A stretch of DNA of 64,000 nucleotides from Clostridia bacterium (GCA_045646985.1 JAZRLV010000094.1:10158-74157), one strand, 5' to 3'; shown: positions 28,752 to 38,630, counted from the first letter of the stretch. A program made the numbers and translations. The notes: generated by a model not told the origin, from the sequence alone.

Positions 28752-29474
28752 TTACTCCGTTTCGGTTAGCGATTGTAGATAGTTCCCGTCTTTGTCATAC
28801 ATAAAAACGGCACTTTCAAGATTAAGCTGTATTTTTCCGCCACGAGTTCCCTCTATAAGAATAAGCGAGGCAGCTTTCTCCTCCGACGGGTAAACAATAC
28901 GCATTCTTTTAGGCTCAATGCGATATTTGCGGAAAGTACATATAACATCGCACATTCGGTCAGCCCTGTGCACCATATAAAGCTTTCCGCAAGGCTTAAG
29001 CACATCGGCGGCGGCTTTTACAACATCATCAAGATTGCACGCTATCTCGTGCCTTGCAAGTGCCAGGCGGTCAGACGGGTTTATAATTCCTCCGCCTACA
29101 TTCATATAGGGGGGATTGCACGTCACCGCATCAAAGCAGTGTCTGCCAAAAAGCTTTAGTGAATCCTTTATATCGGCACAGTGTACATGGATTTTGTCTG
29201 AAAGAGAGTTAAGCTCCATTGTCCTTTTCGCCATATCTGCAACCTCAGGCACAAGTTCTATTGCATCTATGTGGGAAAGAGAGCACCGTCCCCACATAAT
29301 CACGGGAATAACTCCGCTGCCGGTGCATAAATCAAGAACACGTGCACCCTTTTTAGGGTTGGCAAACCTTGAAAGCAGCACCGCATCACTACCAAAGCAA
29401 AATCCGCTTTTATCCTGTATTACCTTGTATCCTTTAAGACCTAAGTCCTCAACCTTTTCATATTCGTATACCAT
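28752..29474 (-). CDS. class I SAM-dependent N6-adenine methyltransferase, tRNA1(Val) m6A37 methyltransferase (TrmN6/YfiC)-like
   Basis: 240 aa; NPPY motif (CNPPYMNVG); SAM-binding DLCTGSG. Confidence 0.7.
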   Translation of the reverse strand: MVYEYEKVEDLGLKGYKVIQDKSGFCFGSDAVLLSRFANPKKGARVLDLCTGSGVIPVIMWGRCSLSHIDAIELVPEVADMAKRTMELNSLSDKIHVHCADIKDSLKLFGRHCFDAVTCNPPYMNVGGGIINPSDRLALARHEIACNLDDVVKAAADVLKPCGKLYMVHRADRMCDVICTFRKYRIEPKRMRIVYPSEEKAASLILIEGTRGGKIQLNLESAVFMYDKDGNYLQSLTETE

Positions 29475-29484
29475 AATTCACTCG

Positions 29485-29660
29485 TTCCTCGTAAATAGTT
29501 CGAAATGTGAAATTCGAAATGCGGAATGAAGGCTGATTTTTTCCAAAGAAAAAATCTTCTTTTCTGTTATTCGAAAATAAATATCAAAGATTTTCTTGAA
29601 AAAGAAAATCTACGTTCACTTCGAACTTCGCATTTTGCACTTCGCACTTCTTTACCTTTA
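29485..29660. repeat. intergenic TTCGAA/TTCGCA octamer-repeat element, copy B
   Basis: TTCGAAATGTGAAATTCGAAATGCGGAATG arm, central AT-rich region with two hairpins, CACTTCGAACTTCGCATTTTGCACTTCGCACTTC arm. Confidence 0.5.
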
Positions 29661-29692
29661 AAAAAGCAAAAGCCGCCTTGCGGCGGCTTTTG
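29655..29692 (-). terminator. rho-independent terminator of the ferredoxin gene (AAAAGCCGCC-TTGC-GGCGGCTTTT)
   Basis: 10-bp GC stem plus U-run on the minus strand. Confidence 0.6.
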
Positions 29693-29701
29693 TTTTTTAA
29701 A

Positions 29702-29875
29702 TTACTCAGCAGGGTTGGGAGCTGCAACGGGGCATACTCCTGCACAAGCACCGCACTCTACGCAAAGGTCTGCATCGATTACGTACTTGCCATCGCCCTC
29801 AGAAATACATTCTACAGGACATTCACCTGCACATGCACCACAGCTGATGCAATCATCATTAATAATGTAAGCCAT
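29702..29875 (-). CDS. fdx: 2x[4Fe-4S] clostridial-type ferredoxin (57 aa; absent from the ORF track because under 60 aa)
   Basis: MAYIINDDCISCGACAGECPVECIS...CVECGACAGVCPVAAP; two CxxCxxCxxxCP motifs; AAGAGGTG RBS; TTGAAT-16-TGcTACAAT promoter. Confidence 0.8.
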   Translation of the reverse strand: MAYIINDDCISCGACAGECPVECISEGDGKYVIDADLCVECGACAGVCPVAAPNPAE

Positions 29876-29967
29876 TAGTTTACACCTCTTTTTCGTAGAT
29901 TATACCTACATTGTAGCATAAAAATAATAAAATTCAATAGTTTTTTTTGCTTTTATCACTTTTTTAC

Positions 29968-30013
29968 TTGAATAAATCATGTTGTTTATATATAATATGA
30001 AACAACAAATGAT
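29968..30013 (+). promoter_or_regulatory. sigma-A promoter (TTGAAT-17-TATAAT) with an inverted repeat (ATCATGTTGTTT / AAACAACAAATGAT) bracketing the -10
   Basis: canonical hexamers; the 12-bp imperfect inverted repeat overlapping the -10 suggests an operator. Confidence 0.45.
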
Positions 30014-30037
30014 AAATTTTTCTGGGAGGTAATTTTT

Positions 30038-31108
30038 TTGAAAAGCATCAAAAACGTACTTAATCACATTTTCATCGACGGACTTAGCGGAATGGCACTT
30101 GGTCTTTTTTCCACACTTATTGTCGGGACAATTCTTTCTCAGTTAGCTGCGCTCTTTCCAAGTGGCTCAATCAGCAATATTCTTTTTACCGCCGGAAAGG
30201 TTGCTTCACTTCTTACAGGTGCAGGAATTGGTTGCGGAGTGGCATATAAGTTCAAGGAATCTCCGCTCGTTGTTCTTAGTGCGGCAACAAATGGTATGAT
30301 AGGTGCATATGCAGCAAAAATTATTGCAGGCACACTCATTTCTGACGCAGGCGCTTTCACAATAGCACCTCCCGGAGAGCCTTTGGGTGCATTTATCGCT
30401 GCTTATGTAGGAATTCTTGCAGGACACCTTGTAAGCGGCAAAACAAAAATAGATATTCTTGTAACTCCGCTTGTAAGTATAATTTGCGGCTCTATAGCAG
30501 GTATTTTTGTAGGTCCGCATATCTCATCGTTTATGACCACCCTTGGCGATTTAGTTAACTGGGGAACGCAGCAGCAGCCGTTTATTATGGGCATTGTTGT
30601 AAGTGTTCTTATGGGAATGTTCCTTACTCTCCCGATAAGCTCTGCGGCTATTGGTATTGTGCTTGGTCTTGACGGGCTTGCAGCAGGTGCGGCAACAGTT
30701 GGCTGCTGTGCAAATATGATAGGTTTTGCAGTTGCAAGCTACCGTGAAAATAAGATAGGCGGACTTCTGGCACAGGGCTTGGGTACAAGTATGTTGCAGA
30801 TTCCTAATATTGTAAAACGTCCGCTTATATGGATTCCTGCTATTGTATCAAGTGCCATTTTAGGACCTGTTTCAACAATGGTATTTAAAATGACAAGCAA
30901 TGCCACAGGCTCGGGCATGGGTACAGCCGGACTTATCGGACCGATTATGTCTTTTCAGACAATGGTAAAAACACTTCCCTTATCAACTGCGCTTATTTTT
31001 AATATTACAATGTATTTTGTTCTTCCTGCTCTTATTTCTCTTGCAGTTTCAGAATTTATGCGCAGACATAAATTTATCACTTACGGAGATATGGCTCTTG
31101 ATATATGA
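30038..31108 (+). CDS. PTS_EIIC_2-like polytopic membrane protein (putative permease)
   Basis: 356 aa, about 10 TM helices, Gly/Ala-rich; TTG start with GGGAGG RBS; stop overlaps the dusB start (ATGA). Confidence 0.45.
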   Translation: MKSIKNVLNHIFIDGLSGMALGLFSTLIVGTILSQLAALFPSGSISNILFTAGKVASLLTGAGIGCGVAYKFKESPLVVLSAATNGMIGAYAAKIIAGTLISDAGAFTIAPPGEPLGAFIAAYVGILAGHLVSGKTKIDILVTPLVSIICGSIAGIFVGPHISSFMTTLGDLVNWGTQQQPFIMGIVVSVLMGMFLTLPISSAAIGIVLGLDGLAAGAATVGCCANMIGFAVASYRENKIGGLLAQGLGTSMLQIPNIVKRPLIWIPAIVSSAILGPVSTMVFKMTSNATGSGMGTAGLIGPIMSFQTMVKTLPLSTALIFNITMYFVLPALISLAVSEFMRRHKFITYGDMALDI

Positions 31109-32064
31109 TGAAAATAGGAAGCGTAACATTAAAAAACAACGTTTTTCTTGCGCCTATGGCAGGGGTAACAGACCTTGCCTTCCGCACGATATGCGACCGC
31201 TTTGGTGCAGGACTTTCATACACTGAAATGGTCAGTGCAAAGGCGCTGTCATTTGAAGATAAAAAGACAAATACCCTTATGCACACAGCAGACCTTCCTA
31301 CAGCGGTACAGCTTTTTGGAAGTGACCCTGATATAATGGGAAATGTCGTTAAAGAAGCTGAAAAGCATGGGCTTTTTACCGATATAAATATGGGCTGCCC
31401 TGCCCCTAAGATTGCAGGGAATGGCGAAGGCAGTGCCCTTATGAAGGATTTATGTAAGGCAGAAAGAATTATTGACAGCGTATGTAAAAATGCCACAAAG
31501 CCCGTCACTGTAAAAATGCGCAGCGGATGGGACAGTGACCATATAAATGCGGTTGAGCTTGCCCGTATTGCACAAAGCTGCGGCGCCGCTGCAATAACAG
31601 TACACGGCCGCACACGGGAGCAGTACTACAGCGGAAAAGCGGACAGGAATATAATCCGCAAGGTATGTGAAAGTGTATCAATCCCCGTTATTGCAAACGG
31701 CGACATATTTACTGCCGAGGATGCAAAAGCAATGCTTGAAGAAACGGGTGCTGCCGCTGTGATGATAGGCAGAGGCGCACAGGGAAACCCCTGGATTTTT
31801 TCGCAGATAAATGAGCTTTTTGAGTGCGGAAAGGTTTCTTCAATCCCCTCACCCAAAGAACGAATTACTATGGCGATAGAGCATATAACACTGCTTTGCT
31901 CTCTCAAGGGTGAGTATATCGGCATACGAGAAGCACGAAAGCATGCGTCATGGTATATAAAAGGACTTAGCGGTGCGGCAGCGCTCCGCAATAAGATAAA
32001 CACGGCAACCACACTTGTACAAATGGAAAGTATATTATCTCTTTTAGTAAAGGACTTGGTATAA
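31105..32064 (+). CDS. dusB: tRNA-dihydrouridine synthase
   Basis: 319 aa; LAPMAGVTD and TIM-barrel Dus motifs. Confidence 0.85.
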   Translation: MMKIGSVTLKNNVFLAPMAGVTDLAFRTICDRFGAGLSYTEMVSAKALSFEDKKTNTLMHTADLPTAVQLFGSDPDIMGNVVKEAEKHGLFTDINMGCPAPKIAGNGEGSALMKDLCKAERIIDSVCKNATKPVTVKMRSGWDSDHINAVELARIAQSCGAAAITVHGRTREQYYSGKADRNIIRKVCESVSIPVIANGDIFTAEDAKAMLEETGAAAVMIGRGAQGNPWIFSQINELFECGKVSSIPSPKERITMAIEHITLLCSLKGEYIGIREARKHASWYIKGLSGAAALRNKINTATTLVQMESILSLLVKDLV

Positions 32065-32835
32065 ATGCGTATAGCAGTAAAGGTAGGAACATCCACCCTG
32101 GCACACAGTACAGGACATATTAATATCCGCCACGTGGAGGAGCTTTGCAAGGTACTCAGCGATTTGAAAAACGCAGGAAATGAAATTATTCTTATTTCCT
32201 CTGGCGCAATCGGTATGGGCGTGGGAAAGCTCTCTTTAGGAGGGCGGCCATCTGATATGCCCACCAAGCAGGCTGCTGCCGCAGTGGGACAGTGCGAGCT
32301 TATGTATACTTATGATAAGCTCTTTTCAGAGTATAATCATACTGTTGCACAGCTTCTCATAACTGCCCCCGATATTGAGGACTCTGTAAGAGGCGGAAAC
32401 TTCCGTAACACTATAAACAGACTTTTAGAGCTTGAGGCGCTTCCCGTAATTAACGAAAATGATACCGTTGCCACAGAAGAAATTTCCGTAGGCGATAACG
32501 ATACACTCAGCGCCCTTGTTGCAAAAAGCTGCGATGCTGATTTGCTTATTCTTCTTTCTGACATCGACGGACTTTATACAGCAGACCCGCATACAGATAA
32601 AAACGCAATTCTTATTCACGAGGTAAAGGAAATTACCCCCGAAATAATTTCCCACGCAGGCGGCAAAGGGTCGGAGCTTGGTACAGGCGGTATGGCAACT
32701 AAAATTCATGCTGCTCAAATATGTACAGAGTGCGGAATTGACATGATAATTGCAAACGGAAGCTCTCCTTCTATTCTTTATGATATTTTAGACAAAAAGA
32801 CAGTCGGCACAAAATTCTTGGGAAAGAGGGCGTAA
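32065..32835 (+). CDS. proB: glutamate 5-kinase (short form without PUA domain)
   Basis: 256 aa; amino-acid kinase family; VKVGTS N-terminus. Confidence 0.9.
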   Translation: MRIAVKVGTSTLAHSTGHINIRHVEELCKVLSDLKNAGNEIILISSGAIGMGVGKLSLGGRPSDMPTKQAAAAVGQCELMYTYDKLFSEYNHTVAQLLITAPDIEDSVRGGNFRNTINRLLELEALPVINENDTVATEEISVGDNDTLSALVAKSCDADLLILLSDIDGLYTADPHTDKNAILIHEVKEITPEIISHAGGKGSELGTGGMATKIHAAQICTECGIDMIIANGSSPSILYDILDKKTVGTKFLGKRA

Positions 32836-32838
32836 GCT

Positions 32839-34095
32839 ATGACAACTGCACAGATTCTTGAAAACGCACAAAAGGCAAAACAAAGCGCAATGCTGCTTGA
32901 TACGCAGACAAAAAATGCTGCCCTTTTAAAAATGGCGGATAAGCTTATTGAACATAGTGACAAAATTCTTGCCGCAAACGAGATTGACATTAAAAACGCA
33001 CAAGGAACCATTTCTGATGTTATGATAGACCGCCTTACTCTTTCAAAGGAAAGGATTGAGCAGATGGCTCAAGGCATTCGTGAGGTTGCAGCTCTAAGTG
33101 ACCCTGTAGGAAGAGTTCTTCAAAGGGTAGACCGTGAAAACGGTCTTATTATAGAAAAAACTGCTGTGCCCATTGGTGTAACCGCTATAATTTATGAAAG
33201 CCGCCCCAACGTAACAAGCGATGCGGCTGCACTCTCCCTTAAAAGCGGTAATGTGTGCATTCTGCGTGGTGGAAAGGAAGCCTACAACAGTGCAAAAGCA
33301 ATAACGGATGCACTTCGCACAGGGCTTACAGAATGCGGTCTTTGCGAAAATCTTATTAATCTTATTGAGGATACCACCAGAGGTAGCGCAACAGAGCTTA
33401 TGCAGGCGGTCGGATATGTAGATTTGCTTATTCCCAGAGGGGGGGCCGGTCTTATAAATGCGTGCCTTGAAAACGCAAAGGTTCCCTGTATACAGACAGG
33501 TACAGGAATATGCCATATTTATATTGATGAAAGCGCTGATTTTGATATGGCGCTTAACATTGTGGAAAATGCAAAAACAAGTCGTCCGTCAGTATGCAAT
33601 GCGGCAGAATGTCTGCTTGTGAACGAAAAAATTGCAGCAGAATTTTTGCCGCTTCTTAAAAAACGTCTTGTTGATGAAAGATGTGAAAAGACACTTACCC
33701 CTGTTGAGCTAAGGTGTGACGATATATCTTACAGCATTCTCCATACTCAAAAAGCAACGGATAACGATTTTGATACAGAATTTCTTGACTATATATTAGC
33801 AGTAAAGGTTGTAAAAAATGTAGGTGAGGCAATTTCACATATTTCCACTCATTCAACAGGACACAGCGAAAGCATTATTACACAGACACAGAAAAATGCC
33901 GACCTTTTTGTCCAAGCGGTAGACAGCGCAGCTGTATATGTAAATGCCTCTACCCGCTTTACCGACGGCGGAGAGTTTGGCTTGGGCTGCGAAATGGGGA
34001 TTTCCACCCAGAAGCTCCACGCAAGAGGACCAATGGGACTTTGCGAGCTTACAACATACAAATACATTATCAAAGGTAACGGACAAATCAGATAA
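32839..34095 (+). CDS. proA: glutamate-5-semialdehyde dehydrogenase
   Basis: 418 aa; ALDH superfamily with catalytic Cys (SVCNAAECLLV). Confidence 0.9.
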   Translation: MTTAQILENAQKAKQSAMLLDTQTKNAALLKMADKLIEHSDKILAANEIDIKNAQGTISDVMIDRLTLSKERIEQMAQGIREVAALSDPVGRVLQRVDRENGLIIEKTAVPIGVTAIIYESRPNVTSDAAALSLKSGNVCILRGGKEAYNSAKAITDALRTGLTECGLCENLINLIEDTTRGSATELMQAVGYVDLLIPRGGAGLINACLENAKVPCIQTGTGICHIYIDESADFDMALNIVENAKTSRPSVCNAAECLLVNEKIAAEFLPLLKKRLVDERCEKTLTPVELRCDDISYSILHTQKATDNDFDTEFLDYILAVKVVKNVGEAISHISTHSTGHSESIITQTQKNADLFVQAVDSAAVYVNASTRFTDGGEFGLGCEMGISTQKLHARGPMGLCELTTYKYIIKGNGQIR

Positions 34096-34139
34096 ACGAA
34101 GGACAACAAAACAAAGCTTTTTGCCATAGCAAAAAGCAA

Positions 34140-34180
34140 CCTACATTTCTCATTTCGCACTTCGAATTGAACTTTATTAA
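34140..34180. repeat. partial copy (copy C) of the TTCGCA/TTCGAA repeat element, upstream of proC
   Basis: CATTTCGCACTTCGAATTGAAC; preceded by hairpin GCTTTTTGC-CATA-GCAAAAAGC (proA terminator). Confidence 0.35.
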
Positions 34181-34197
34181 AAGAAAGGATTGATTTT

Positions 34198-35001
34198 ATG
34201 ATAACTGCCGGATTTATAGGATGCGGAAATATGGGCGGTGCATTATGCAGTGCTGCTGCAAAGGCTATCGACCCCAAAAACATATATGCATCAGATTTTG
34301 TTTTGGAAAAGGCAGCCACGCTTTGCGAAACTCTTGGCGCTAATCACAGCACTAACAAAGAAATTGCACAACATTGCAAATATATATTTTTAGGTGTTAA
34401 GCCACAGGTTATAGCAGATACTATAGCAGAAATTTCCCCGATTTTAAAGAAGAGAAAGGACAGCTTTTTTGTAGTTTCAATGGCAGCAGGTATCAGCATT
34501 AGCGCAATAGAGAAAATGCTTGGCTTTAACTGTCAGGTTATCCGCATTATGCCAAACACCCCCTGCGCTGTGGGAAAGGGCGTTATTCTCTACTGTTCAG
34601 ACAGCGATATCAGTGTTCTTGAGGCAGAGGAATTTGAAAGCATTTTTTCCTGTGCAGGCGCAATCGATAAAATTTCCGAAAGCCTTATTGACGGGGCAAG
34701 TGCCCTGTCAGGCTGCGGACCGGCATTTGTTTATTTATTCATCGAGGCACTCTCTGACGGCGCTGTTTCCTGCGGTCTCCCCCGTGATAAGGCACTGCGC
34801 TATGCAGCACAAACTGTTTTAGGTGCGGCGCAAACTGTTCTTGACACACACAAGCACCCGGGTGAGCTTAAGGATGCGGTATGCAGCCCAGGCGGAACAA
34901 CTATTGAGGGTATTCGTGCTCTTGAAGAGGGCGGATTTCGTGCCAGTGCTATTAATGCTGTTACAAAAGCATATGAAAAAACATTAGCTTTGAAAAAATA
35001 A
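34198..35001 (+). CDS. proC: pyrroline-5-carboxylate reductase
   Basis: 267 aa; GFIGCGNMG NADP-binding motif; P5CR C-terminal domain. Confidence 0.9.
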   Translation: MITAGFIGCGNMGGALCSAAAKAIDPKNIYASDFVLEKAATLCETLGANHSTNKEIAQHCKYIFLGVKPQVIADTIAEISPILKKRKDSFFVVSMAAGISISAIEKMLGFNCQVIRIMPNTPCAVGKGVILYCSDSDISVLEAEEFESIFSCAGAIDKISESLIDGASALSGCGPAFVYLFIEALSDGAVSCGLPRDKALRYAAQTVLGAAQTVLDTHKHPGELKDAVCSPGGTTIEGIRALEEGGFRASAINAVTKAYEKTLALKK

Positions 35002-35093
35002 GATTTTTTGCATATTTAGAAAAAAGACTTGCAAATTTATTCATATGAATTTATAATGATATCGTACATATTAAATTTTTGGAGGTATATATT

Positions 35094-35858
35094 ATGAAAA
35101 AGATTATTTCTTTAATTCTTGTTCTTGCTCTTTGCGTATTTGTTTTTGCTGCATGCTCAAAGGACGAGGCAGAAACAACAAAGGTTCTTACAATGGCTAC
35201 AAACGCAGAATTCCCCCCTTATGAATTTTACGAGGGTGAAAAGGTTGTAGGTATTGATGCTGAAATCGCAGGTGTTATTGCAGAAAAGCTTGGTATGGAG
35301 CTTGAGATTGTAGACACTGCATTCGACTCAATCATACCCGCAATCGTTGCAGGTAAATATGATATGGGTATGGCTGGTATGACAGTTACAGATGAAAGAC
35401 TTGAAGAGGTTAACTTCTCTGACAGCTATGCAACAGGTGTTCAGGTTGTTATTGTTAACAAGGATTCTGAAATCAAGACTGTTGATGACCTTTTCGGTGA
35501 TAAGAATTATACAATCGGTGTTCAGACAGGAACAACAGGCGACCTTTACTCAACATGGGATATTGAGGACGAGGGACTTGGAAAGGTTTCACGTTTCAAC
35601 AAGGGCGCAGACGCTGTAGAAGCTCTTAAAATCGGTAAGGTTGATTGCGTTATCATTGATAACGAGCCTGCAAAAGCATTCGTTGCAGAGAGCGACAATC
35701 TTGTAATCCTTGACACAGCTTATGCAGAAGAACAGTATGCTATCGCAGTTGCAAAGGACAATACAGAGCTTCTTGATTCTATCAACAAGGCTCTTAGCGA
35801 GCTTACAGAGGACGGAACACTTCAGAAGATTGTTGACAAGTACATTAGTGCAAAATAA
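35094..35858 (+). CDS. amino acid ABC transporter substrate-binding lipoprotein
   Basis: signal peptide plus lipobox (FAAC); SBP_bac_3 family; GGAGGT RBS 7 nt upstream of ATG. Confidence 0.85.
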   Translation: MKKIISLILVLALCVFVFAACSKDEAETTKVLTMATNAEFPPYEFYEGEKVVGIDAEIAGVIAEKLGMELEIVDTAFDSIIPAIVAGKYDMGMAGMTVTDERLEEVNFSDSYATGVQVVIVNKDSEIKTVDDLFGDKNYTIGVQTGTTGDLYSTWDIEDEGLGKVSRFNKGADAVEALKIGKVDCVIIDNEPAKAFVAESDNLVILDTAYAEEQYAIAVAKDNTELLDSINKALSELTEDGTLQKIVDKYISAK

Positions 35859-35927
35859 TCTAATCTGAAACCAAAGCGGCTCTCCAAACGGAAAGCCGCT
35901 TTATAATTTCAGGAAAGGGTGAATCCT

Positions 35928-36656
35928 ATGGCAGAATTTTGGGGCGGACTTAAATCCGACTTTATAAAATGCTTTATAACAAAAAACAGATGGACGTTTA
36001 TTACAGACGGATTATGGGCAACTCTTCAGATAACTCTTCTTTCGTGTCTGATGGGTATTGTAATCGGTCTTGTTGTTGCAATTATCCGCAGTACATATGA
36101 ACAAAATCACAAGCAGATGCGGCGCTCTTTCGGAAAAAGTATGCTTTGTGCTTTGAATTTTATATGCAACATTTATCTTACCGTTATACGTGGAACACCG
36201 GTTGTTGTACAGCTTATGATTATGTATTATATAATTTTCGCAAGCTCAAGCAATGGTATATTGATTGCAGTAGCGGCTTTTGGTATAAATTCAGGTGCAT
36301 ATGTTGCCGAAATTTTCCGCAGTGGTATTATGAGCGTTGATAACGGTCAGTTTGAGGCAGGCAGAAGTCTGGGCTTTGGCTACATAAGAACTATGGCATA
36401 TATAATTTTCCCACAGGCATTTAAAAGCGTTCTTCCCACTCTTGCAAACGAATTTATAGTTCTCCTTAAGGAAACCTCCGTTGCAGGCTACGTGGCTATA
36501 CAGGACCTTACCAAGGGCGGCGATATTATTCGTGGCGCTACGTATGAAACCTTTATGCCGCTTTTTGCTGTTGCAGGAATTTACCTTATCATGGTCATTT
36601 TCTTTACACAGCTTGTAAAGAAGCTTGAAAGGAGGCTTAGGAAGAGTGAACGATAA
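35928..36656 (+). CDS. amino acid ABC transporter permease
   Basis: His/Glu/Gln/Arg/opine permease family; EAA-like motif ([14 protein letters not shown]); ATG preceded by AAAGGG. Confidence 0.85.
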   Translation: MAEFWGGLKSDFIKCFITKNRWTFITDGLWATLQITLLSCLMGIVIGLVVAIIRSTYEQNHKQMRRSFGKSMLCALNFICNIYLTVIRGTPVVVQLMIMYYIIFASSSNGILIAVAAFGINSGAYVAEIFRSGIMSVDNGQFEAGRSLGFGYIRTMAYIIFPQAFKSVLPTLANEFIVLLKETSVAGYVAIQDLTKGGDIIRGATYETFMPLFAVAGIYLIMVIFFTQLVKKLERRLRKSER

Positions 36657-37392
36657 TGCAATTATAAAGGTTAAGGACCTGAAAAAACATTTTACAGGTG
36701 GCACTGTTAAAGCCCTTGACGGAATTGATCTTGAAATAAAAAAAGGTGAGGTTATCGTTATTATCGGTCCCAGCGGATGCGGAAAATCTACATTTCTGCG
36801 CTCACTCAATCTTCTTGAAACTCCCACATCGGGCGAGATTTTCCTCGAGAATGTTGATATAACAGACCCCAAAAACAATATAAACCTCCACCGACAGAAG
36901 ATGGGAATGGTTTTTCAGCAGTTTAATCTTTTCCCTCATATGACGATTCTTAAAAATATTACCCTTGCCCCAATGAAGCTTTTAGGTCTTTCTAAGGAAG
37001 ATGCTGAAAATAAAGCCCTTGCTCTTTTAAAAAGAGTAGGACTTGTGGATAGGGCAAACGCCTACCCCTCACAGCTTTCAGGCGGACAGAAGCAACGTAT
37101 CGCCATTGTGCGTGCACTTGCAATGAATCCCGAGGTAATGCTGTTTGACGAGCCGACAAGTGCACTTGACCCCGAAATGGTAGGGGAAGTGCTTGATGTT
37201 ATGAAGGAGCTTGCAAAAGAGGGTATGACAATGGTTGTTGTTACCCATGAAATGGGCTTTGCACGTGAGGTTGCCGATACTGTAATCTTTATGGAGGGCG
37301 GCAAAATCACAGCAAAGGGTACTCCCGAAGAGATTTTCTCAAAAAATCACGAAAATAAAAGACTTAAAGACTTTTTAGGAAAAGTTCTTTAA
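36625..37392 (+). CDS. amino acid ABC transporter ATP-binding protein
   Basis: Walker [13 protein letters not shown] signature LSGGQKQR, Walker [11 protein letters not shown]; start uncertain (overlaps permease end; possible GTG at about 36646). Confidence 0.85.
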   Translation: MKGGLGRVNDNAIIKVKDLKKHFTGGTVKALDGIDLEIKKGEVIVIIGPSGCGKSTFLRSLNLLETPTSGEIFLENVDITDPKNNINLHRQKMGMVFQQFNLFPHMTILKNITLAPMKLLGLSKEDAENKALALLKRVGLVDRANAYPSQLSGGQKQRIAIVRALAMNPEVMLFDEPTSALDPEMVGEVLDVMKELAKEGMTMVVVTHEMGFAREVADTVIFMEGGKITAKGTPEEIFSKNHENKRLKDFLGKVL

Positions 37393-37393
37393 T

Positions 37394-37423
37394 TAAAAAA
37401 AGAGCCGAAAGGCTCTTTTTTTA
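37394..37423. terminator. bidirectional terminator (AAAAAAAGAGCC-GAAA-GGCTCTTTTTTT)
   Basis: between convergent ABC ATPase and alcohol dehydrogenase genes. Confidence 0.6.
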
Positions 37424-38590
37424 ATAACAACTATCGAAAATTTCCTTTACCTTATCATAGTCAAGGCCTATATATGATTTTATTTCTCTCTGTTTTCCAA
37501 AGGTGCAAAGGTCAGCAAGCCTTGCTGTGCAATCCTTAGGAATGTCAAATTCACGCAGTGTTAGCGGCATTTTCAGCATTTTAAAATATTCTTCCATTTT
37601 CTCTATTCCCATAAGCGCCGCTTTCTCATCGTTTTCTTCCACAATATCCCACACACGTCTTGCAAATTGCGCAAAGCGGGCAGTATTTTCCTTATAAACA
37701 AACCTTGCCCACGCAGGGAACAGCACCGCTAGTCCGGCACCGTGTGCTATTTTTTCATATTCGCCGCTTAATGCGTGCTCTAACTGATGTACGGCAAGAA
37801 CAACATCTCTTCCGCAGCCTGTAAGGTCATTATGTGACAAACTTGATGCCCACATCACCGTCGCACGTGCTTCATAGTCGTCACTTTTTTCAAGCAATAC
37901 CTTTCCGGCAGCTATTACAGATTTAAGGATACTTTCGGCAATGCGGTCCGTTAAATCTGTATCTTCGCATACAGAAAAATATCTTTCCATCGTATGCGCC
38001 ATTATATCAACTATTCCGCAAGCTGTCTGGTATTGGCTTACACTATAAGTCAGCTCGGGATTACAGATTGCAAATTTGCACCTATTAAAATCACTGTTAT
38101 ATCCCCGCTTCATACTAAGCTCTTCATTCGATATAACGGCGGAGGAGCTCATTTCGCTGCCTGCGGCTGATATTGTCAGAATGCACCCTATCGGAAGAGC
38201 GTTTTTCACTGTGCTTTTTCTGGTTGGAAAATCCCACACATCGCCATCGTACATAGCGCCTGACGCAGTGTATTTTGAGGAATCAAGCGCACTTCCACCG
38301 CCTACAGCGAGTATCATTTCCACCTTTTCTTTTTTTGCTATTTCAATAGCACGGCGCACAAATGAAAGCTTAGGGTTAGGCTCAACACCGCCCATTTCAA
38401 CCACTTCTATGCCACACGTTGTAAGCGAATCCATTATTTCATCATATAAACCGCTTTTCTTGATGCTTCCCTGTCCGTACTGAAGCATTATTTTTTTATA
38501 TCCATAGCCTTTTATTATTTCGCCTACATTTTTATGTGTATCTTTTCCGAAATACACCTTTGTCGGGGTATAGTATGTGAAATTAAGCAT
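37421..38590 (-). CDS. iron-containing (group III) alcohol dehydrogenase
   Basis: 389 aa from MLNFTYYTPTKVYFG; Fe-ADH signatures GGGS..D and H..H; AAAGGA RBS. Confidence 0.85.
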   Translation of the reverse strand: MLNFTYYTPTKVYFGKDTHKNVGEIIKGYGYKKIMLQYGQGSIKKSGLYDEIMDSLTTCGIEVVEMGGVEPNPKLSFVRRAIEIAKKEKVEMILAVGGGSALDSSKYTASGAMYDGDVWDFPTRKSTVKNALPIGCILTISAAGSEMSSSAVISNEELSMKRGYNSDFNRCKFAICNPELTYSVSQYQTACGIVDIMAHTMERYFSVCEDTDLTDRIAESILKSVIAAGKVLLEKSDDYEARATVMWASSLSHNDLTGCGRDVVLAVHQLEHALSGEYEKIAHGAGLAVLFPAWARFVYKENTARFAQFARRVWDIVEENDEKAALMGIEKMEEYFKMLKMPLTLREFDIPKDCTARLADLCTFGKQREIKSYIGLDYDKVKEIFDSCY

Positions 38591-38630
38591 AAAATCAAAT
38601 CCTTTCACAACAATTATACCACTACTTTTT

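Noticed and set aside
29526-29870. 114-aa + strand ORF (and 29678-29878, 29116-29529)
   Set aside because: Covers the repeat element, a terminator and the antisense of the ferredoxin gene; the real gene here is the 57-aa ferredoxin on the - strand
31077-31613. 178-aa - strand ORF; similar cases at 36291-36878, 30206-30520, 12742-13533, 18026-18972
   Set aside because: All overlap confidently assigned genes on the opposite strand and lack translation signals
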